This document shows, one piece after another, positions 6,928-11,230 of a stretch of DNA of 11,230 nt (the first letter of the stretch is position 1; each line of letters begins with the position of its first letter). A program made the translations under genes and the position numbers. Location: the NCBI GenBank assembly GCA_041576165.1, contig JBFGLM010000093.1, positions 1-11,230 on the forward strand. The letters are read 5' to 3'. This DNA comes from Acidimicrobiia bacterium (GTDB taxonomy: Bacteria; Actinomycetota; Acidimicrobiia; Spongiisociales; Spongiisociaceae). The notes under the pieces are model-generated. The model ran no database searches. It saw only the letters and a program-made list of their open reading frames with translations, and was not told where the DNA came from.

Positions 6928-6996
6928 CGACCGGGGGAACCCGACCCGCCGAACTCTCGGCTGGAGGGTCCCCTCAGGGGTCCTCAGAGCCTAAGG
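6928..6996 (-). repeat. Right copy of the ~70-bp imperfect inverted repeat
   Basis: Reverse complement CCTTAGGCTCTGAGGACCCCTGAGGGGACCCTCCAGCCGAGAGTT...GGGTTCCCCCGGTCG. It keeps the GGCT/AGCC and CCCC/GGGG hairpin. Confidence 0.7.
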
Positions 6997-7026
6997 AACG
7001 CCGTCCCCCCGCACCAAAAATGCACC

Positions 7027-7055
7027 TTGAATGGGCGCGCGAGCCGGAATATGTT
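7027..7055 (+). promoter_or_regulatory. Sigma70-type promoter TTGAAT-N17-TATGTT
   Basis: -35 at 7027-7032, -10 at 7050-7055, 17-bp spacer, A-tract upstream. Confidence 0.55.
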
Positions 7056-7061
7056 TGAGGT

Positions 7062-7300
7062 ATCGACCAGTATCGGCGAGTGGTCGAGAAAGGAGTCTGG
7101 CTTAGGGATCGAATCCGGCCATGACGGGTATGGCCGAGATTCAGCAGGCAGCCAACGCAGTGGCTGTGCCGCTGTGTCGGCGACCGAAGAAGGGAGACGA
7201 TCCTTCCAAGTTGGACAGTTAGATATGTAAGGCTGCACGCCCGCCAGTGGGTGTGCGGTTTCGGAGCGAGCCCCCGAGTATCCAACGCTCGGGGGCTCCG
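7062..7300 (+). ncRNA. Candidate structured small RNA (or mRNA for a 33-aa peptide at 7121..7222)
   Basis: Lies between the predicted promoter and a terminator-like hairpin and is tiled by successive stem-loops. No known RNA family recognised. Confidence 0.35.
7268..7298 (+). terminator. Terminator-like hairpin
   Basis: Perfect 11-bp stem GAGCCCCCGAG / CTCGGGGGCTC with a 9-nt loop and no clear U-tract. Confidence 0.6.
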
Positions 7301-7342
7301 TCGTGCACAGCCGACCGATGCGCAATCGCTGGGGCTGCATTG

Positions 7343-7372
7343 GGAAACGTTTCGGCCCCGCCGAACGTCTAA
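7343..7372 (+). promoter_or_regulatory. Putative ECF sigma factor promoter GGAAAC-N17-CGTCTAA
   Basis: AAC-type -35 and CGT-type -10 elements typical of ECF promoters, about 50 bp upstream of GTG 7420. Confidence 0.5.
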
Positions 7373-7419
7373 TCGGCACACACCGGCAAATACGCCGCCT
7401 CTTCCGACAAGGAGCGATT

Positions 7420-8025
7420 GTGCTAACAGCAATCCGGCGAGGCGTCTGGTTCGGCACCGCCCTCGCAATGGCTCTGGTCCTATTGACAGCCGGCCCGGCC
7501 CACGCTTCGTGCGCCGAGCCGATCCCCATCGATCAGTCACTCGCCGAAGCCGAGACCGTGTTCGTCGGCACCGTGACCGGCCTCGACTTCGCCGGACGGG
7601 TGGCGACCTTCGAAGTGCAGGAGGTCTGGAAAGGTGACGTCGAGGCCCAGGTGGTCGTGAACGGTGGTCCGGCCCTGGCCGAGCTACGGGCAGCCCGTGC
7701 CCAAGGTCAGGACGTCGCCACCTCGGTCGACCGCACCTACGAGTTCGGCGTGCAATACCTCGTCGTATCGCACGGTTCGGACGGCTCCGCCTTGGCAGAC
7801 AACTCTTGCTCCAACACCCAGCCCTACACGGACGAGCTCGATCAGTACCGCCCGGCTTCGGCGCATGTGCCCGAGCCGTTGCCGCCGACCGTCCAGGTGG
7901 AGACCGCCGACGAGGGCCTCAATGTCTGGTTGTTGGTGGGTCTGGCCGTCGCGGCTGTGGGCGTGGTCGGAGCGATCACGGCGATAGCGGTGCGCCGTCG
8001 CCGCCAGCCGTCCGAACCGGTCTGA
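7420..8025 (+). CDS. Secreted, C-terminally membrane-anchored protein with TIMP/NTR-like domain (201 aa)
   Basis: SD AAGGAG (7409-7414) and GTG 7420. Signal peptide ending AHA|SC. Motifs AETVFVGTV, FEVQEVWKG, YLVVS and NSCSNT. Pro-rich linker, TM helix and RRRR stop-transfer. Confidence 0.65.
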   Translation: MLTAIRRGVWFGTALAMALVLLTAGPAHASCAEPIPIDQSLAEAETVFVGTVTGLDFAGRVATFEVQEVWKGDVEAQVVVNGGPALAELRAARAQGQDVATSVDRTYEFGVQYLVVSHGSDGSALADNSCSNTQPYTDELDQYRPASAHVPEPLPPTVQVETADEGLNVWLLVGLAVAAVGVVGAITAIAVRRRRQPSEPV

Positions 8026-8274
8026 ACGGGTTTGATCGGCCGCTCGACTACCGCGGGCGGCCGTATCCCGGTCATCCCCAGGGCCGGCTCAGCCCGCGTG
8101 AGAAACCGTCTTCTGGCCCCGCCGAAATCGCCGAAATTCTCTCTAGTCAGCCCCGGCGGGCGGGCGTACGATCCGCGCGTCAATTGGAACCACGGTGGCC
8201 TCGCGATAGCCGCTCCGCCGCCAGCGACCACCGGGGCTCTCTCCGCCGTATTCGCGGCGCAAGGAGGTGGATTG

Positions 8275-8673
8275 ATGGCCGTAGCGACGGCGATCGATTT
8301 CCAGGCCGAAGCCAAGAGGCTCTGGGACCTGTTCGACCGGCTCGAAATGGACGAGATGAAGGAGATGTTCGCGGACGACTTTCAAGGCGTCGACGAGCTT
8401 TCCCGCAAATGGATGCGGGGGAAGTCCGCCATCGAGGATTACATGAAGCAGCTCCAGGAGATGGGGATCGGCGACATCCACAGCAAGCTGAGCGACATGG
8501 CGACCAAACACTGGGATGACATAGCCCTGGTGACGTGCATGGCGGATCAGACCTACTCGCTGGGTGGAGAACAGGTCACGATCACAGCGCCCGTTTCTGT
8601 GCTGTTCCGTCACATCAATGGGGACTGGAAGATCGAGATGGTGCAGGCCGTACCTCTCTCGGAAGAAGGCTGA
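8275..8673 (+). CDS. SnoaL-like / NTF2-fold (DUF4440-like) protein (132 aa)
   Basis: Perfect SD AAGGAGGTG (8261-8269). Pattern MFADDF...RGKSAI...DDIALV...SVLFRHINGDWKIEMVQ is typical of the NTF2-like fold. Confidence 0.8.
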   Translation: MAVATAIDFQAEAKRLWDLFDRLEMDEMKEMFADDFQGVDELSRKWMRGKSAIEDYMKQLQEMGIGDIHSKLSDMATKHWDDIALVTCMADQTYSLGGEQVTITAPVSVLFRHINGDWKIEMVQAVPLSEEG

Positions 8674-8690
8674 GGTCATTGATCCCACTC

Positions 8691-8718
8691 GAACCGGCCG
8701 CCTTCGGGCGGCCGGTTC
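8691..8718 (+). terminator. Intrinsic terminator hairpin after the SnoaL-like gene
   Basis: Perfect 12-bp stem GAACCGGCCGCC / GGCGGCCGGTTC closed by a C(UUCG)G tetraloop, 17 nt after the stop codon. Confidence 0.8.
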
Positions 8719-8800
8719 TCTGTGCGTGTGGGTGGGTTGACGGTTTCCTCCGCCAGCGGGCGGCTGACCCACAGGCCGGGGCGCCGTAAGGAACATCCTG

Positions 8801-10687
8801 ATGTTTCGCTTGTTCCGCCAGGACCGTACTCTCGCGCCGATGCAAGCCGAACGACAGGTCCCGCCCGAGGATGTTGCGCTGTTGGGTCGCGGCCGGGACC
8901 TGATCATCCGCCAGCTCAAGCGGGCGCCGGCGGAATTCGCCGTCGGTGGTGCCGGGGCCATGCTGTTCGCGGCAATGACGATCGTTTCGTCATACGTCGT
9001 CGGGTGGGTCACCGACTCGGTCCTGCTGCCGGCGGTGGCGGCGGGCGAGGTTGCGGCCGCCACGCTCATCGGAGCGGTGGCGGCGCTGGTAGGGGTGTCG
9101 GCGGCGAAGGCGATCGGCATCACCCTGCGCCGGGTCGGCGCGTATTTCGCCTCCTACCGGCTGCAGTACCGGGACAGAATCGAAGTCACCGACAAGTACC
9201 TCGAGCTGCCGGTCGAATGGCACCGGCGCCATTCCACCGGCCAGCTGCTGGCCAATACCAACGAGGACGTCGAAGCGGCTGCGTTCGTTGCGGCGCCGCT
9301 GCCGCTGTCCTTCGGCGTCGTGATCCTGCTGATCGTGACCGGGATCCTGCTCATCATCACCGACCCATTCCTGGCCCTCATCGGCTTCTCCGTGGGTCCG
9401 GCGCTCATCTTCATCAACTACACCTACCAGCGCCGGATGCGCCAGGTCGCCGCCAGGGCGCAGCGGCTCCGGGCCGAGGTGGCCGACATCGCCCACGAAT
9501 CGTTCGACGCGGCGCTGGTGGTCAAGACCCTTGGACGGGAAGGCGCCGAGGTGGGCCGGTTCGGCGAGCGGTCGGAAGAGCTCCGGGACCGGATGGTCGA
9601 GGTCGGGCGGTTGCGGGCCGCGTTTGATCCGTTCATCGAGGCGCTGCCCAACATCGGCATCCTGGCTGTGCTGGCCGTCGGCGCCTGGCGGGTGTCACGA
9701 GGAGCGCTCACGGCCGGCGACTTGGTGACCTTCGCCTACCTGTTCGGCTTGATAGCCCTTCCCATGCGGGTGTTCGGCTGGCTGCTGGGAGAGCTGCCCC
9801 GCTCGGTTGTGGGCATGGACCGGGTCGAAGCTGTATTGCGCGAGGACGCCCGGGTCGAATATGGAGCGGCCAGCCCGACGCAGCATGGCGGGGCGTCCGC
9901 CGCTGCGCAGGCTGTCGGCTACCTCTACCCCGAATCCGAGTACGAAGATCTGGGCGGATCCTCGACTCAGGTCGCCCGGGACGCGGGAGGCGATGACGGG
10001 GACCGGCGCGGCATCGAGTCCGTCACCCTCCAGGTGGGTGCCGGGCGCACCGTGGCACTGGTCGGTCCCACGGGATCGGGGAAGTCCACCATCGCCCATC
10101 TGCTGGCCCGCCTCTTTGATCCCGACAGCGGAGAGATCTGCCTCGACGGGCACGGCCTGGTCGATCTCGACCGCACCGCCCTGGCCGGGACCGTCAGCAT
10201 CGTCTTCCAGGAGACGTTCCTGTTCAACGACACCGTCTACAACAACATCACGCTCGGCGAGCCGTTCGAGGAGGCCGATGTGATGGCGGCGGCGAAGCTC
10301 GCCGAGGCGCACGACTTCATCACCGCCCTCGTTGACGGGTACGGCACGGTCGTCGGAGAACGGGGGGCATCGCTGTCCGGCGGCCAGCGCCAGCGCATCG
10401 CTCTGGCCCGAGCACTGGTCCGCCGGCCCCGGCTGCTGGTTCTGGACGACGCCACGTCGGCGGTCGACCCGGCGGTCGAGAGCCGCATCCTGGCCGGACT
10501 GGGCGAGCTGAATACGACCGTCGTGATCGTCGCCTACCGCCGGTCGTCGATCGTGCTGGCCGACGAGGTCATCTTCGTCGAGGACGGCCGCGTCATCGAT
10601 CGTGGCACCCACCCCGAGCTGTACGCCAAGCTGACGGCCTACCGGAACCTGATCGACGCTTACGAACGACAGGAGGAACCGGCATGA
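8801..10687 (+). CDS. ABC exporter, fused permease/ATP-binding subunit (heterodimer partner carrying the degenerate catalytic motifs)
   Basis: N-terminal transmembrane domain, Walker A GPTGSGKST, Q-loop VFQE, signature LSGGQRQR, Walker B LLVLDDAT and switch region VAYR. The true start may be ATG 8840. Confidence 0.95.
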   Translation: MFRLFRQDRTLAPMQAERQVPPEDVALLGRGRDLIIRQLKRAPAEFAVGGAGAMLFAAMTIVSSYVVGWVTDSVLLPAVAAGEVAAATLIGAVAALVGVSAAKAIGITLRRVGAYFASYRLQYRDRIEVTDKYLELPVEWHRRHSTGQLLANTNEDVEAAAFVAAPLPLSFGVVILLIVTGILLIITDPFLALIGFSVGPALIFINYTYQRRMRQVAARAQRLRAEVADIAHESFDAALVVKTLGREGAEVGRFGERSEELRDRMVEVGRLRAAFDPFIEALPNIGILAVLAVGAWRVSRGALTAGDLVTFAYLFGLIALPMRVFGWLLGELPRSVVGMDRVEAVLREDARVEYGAASPTQHGGASAAAQAVGYLYPESEYEDLGGSSTQVARDAGGDDGDRRGIESVTLQVGAGRTVALVGPTGSGKSTIAHLLARLFDPDSGEICLDGHGLVDLDRTALAGTVSIVFQETFLFNDTVYNNITLGEPFEEADVMAAAKLAEAHDFITALVDGYGTVVGERGASLSGGQRQRIALARALVRRPRLLVLDDATSAVDPAVESRILAGLGELNTTVVIVAYRRSSIVLADEVIFVEDGRVIDRGTHPELYAKLTAYRNLIDAYERQEEPA

Positions 10688-11230
10688 CGGCGACCGCCGA
10701 ATCGGCTGCGTCGATCCAGCCGGACCATCGGGGGGCGTGGAACACGGTCAAGCGGGGATTGGCGCTCTCGCCGGAGCTGCGCCGCGGCTTGACGGGCACG
10801 GTCGCGATCGCGCTGCTGGCGACCGCCGGCCGGGTGATCGTGCCGGTGGCGATCCAGCAGATAATCGACCGTGGGCTGTCTGGAGACGAAGTCGATCTCG
10901 GTTTCGTCGCCTGGATGACGGTGGCGGCCCTGGCTGCGGTGGTAGTCACGGCTGTGGCGACCGGCTGGATGCACCTCCGGCTTGCCCGGGTGTCGGAAAC
11001 GGCGCTGTCCGGCCTTCGTATCCGCGCGTTCCGCCACATTCACGACTTGTCGATGCTCCATCAGGCGTCCGAGCAGCGCGGGGTGCTGGTGGCCAGGGTC
11101 ACGTCCGACGTCGATCAAATCAGCCGCTTCATGCAGTGGGCCGGGCTCATGCTGATCGTGAACGCCGGGCAGGCCCTGCTGGCGGTGGCAGTCATGCTGA
11201 TCCTGTCAGTGCCGCTCGGTGTGGTCGTGA
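10684..11230 (+). CDS. Second ABC exporter permease/ATP-binding subunit, truncated by the right edge
   Basis: ATGA overlap with the previous stop. Manual translation: MTATAESAASIQPDHRGAWNTVKRGLALSPELRRGL...VPVAIQQIIDRGL...LRIRAFRHIHDLSMLHQASEQRGVLVARVTSDVDQISRF, a typical ABC transmembrane domain that stays open to the end of the window. Confidence 0.92.
   Translation, partial: MTATAESAASIQPDHRGAWNTVKRGLALSPELRRGLTGTVAIALLATAGRVIVPVAIQQIIDRGLSGDEVDLGFVAWMTVAALAAVVVTAVATGWMHLRLARVSETALSGLRIRAFRHIHDLSMLHQASEQRGVLVARVTSDVDQISRFMQWAGLMLIVNAGQALLAVAVMLILSVPLGVVV

Noticed and set aside
6928-6996. c-di-AMP (ydaO) riboswitch suggested by CCGGGGGAACCC
   Set aside because: The other conserved blocks (GAAUCC, GGGGUGAAU, CAGCUAAC) are absent, and the segment is better explained as the inverted repeat copy.
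6696-7540. ORFs 6739..7230, 6974..7540, 6984..7529 and 6696..7058
   Set aside because: No recognisable motifs, poor codon bias, and they overlap better-supported genes or structured intergenic sequence.
8143-11118. Long alternative ORFs 8143..9123, 8722..9627, 9695..10612 and 10660..11118
   Set aside because: Shadows of the ABC transporter genes and the SnoaL-like gene.
1-11230. CRISPR array, tRNA (including tRNA-Sec), rRNA, transposase or integrase
   Set aside because: No regularly spaced repeats, cloverleaf signatures or recombinase motifs were seen by eye.

Overview
High-GC bacterial DNA, most likely actinobacterial (inferred from gene content, GC-rich codons and apparent leaderless TANNNT promoters). 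Left to right: the 5' part of an M1 aminopeptidase N gene (minus strand, runs off the left edge); an AhpD/CMD-like peroxidase-related gene that the ORF track splits in two at an in-frame TGA; a class I mannose-6-phosphate isomerase; a TetR regulator with a perfect 16-bp palindromic operator, divergent from a STAS anti-anti-sigma protein; a small membrane protein; a YhhN lysoplasmalogenase-like protein; two unannotated 45-codon ORFs; a DUF4241-like lipoprotein bracketed by ~70-bp imperfect inverted repeats; a candidate structured small RNA or small ORF with its own promoter and terminator; a secreted, membrane-anchored TIMP/NTR-like protein; a SnoaL/NTF2-like protein; and a heterodimeric ABC exporter pair (second gene runs off the right edge). 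The strongest finding is the AhpD-like gene. Its TGA falls at the second Cys of the CxxC motif (C-H-Y-U) and is followed by a hairpin with the spacing and apical GGUCU of a bacterial SECIS element, so it is probably one 184-aa selenoprotein. All family calls come from motif recognition by eye, with no database searches.
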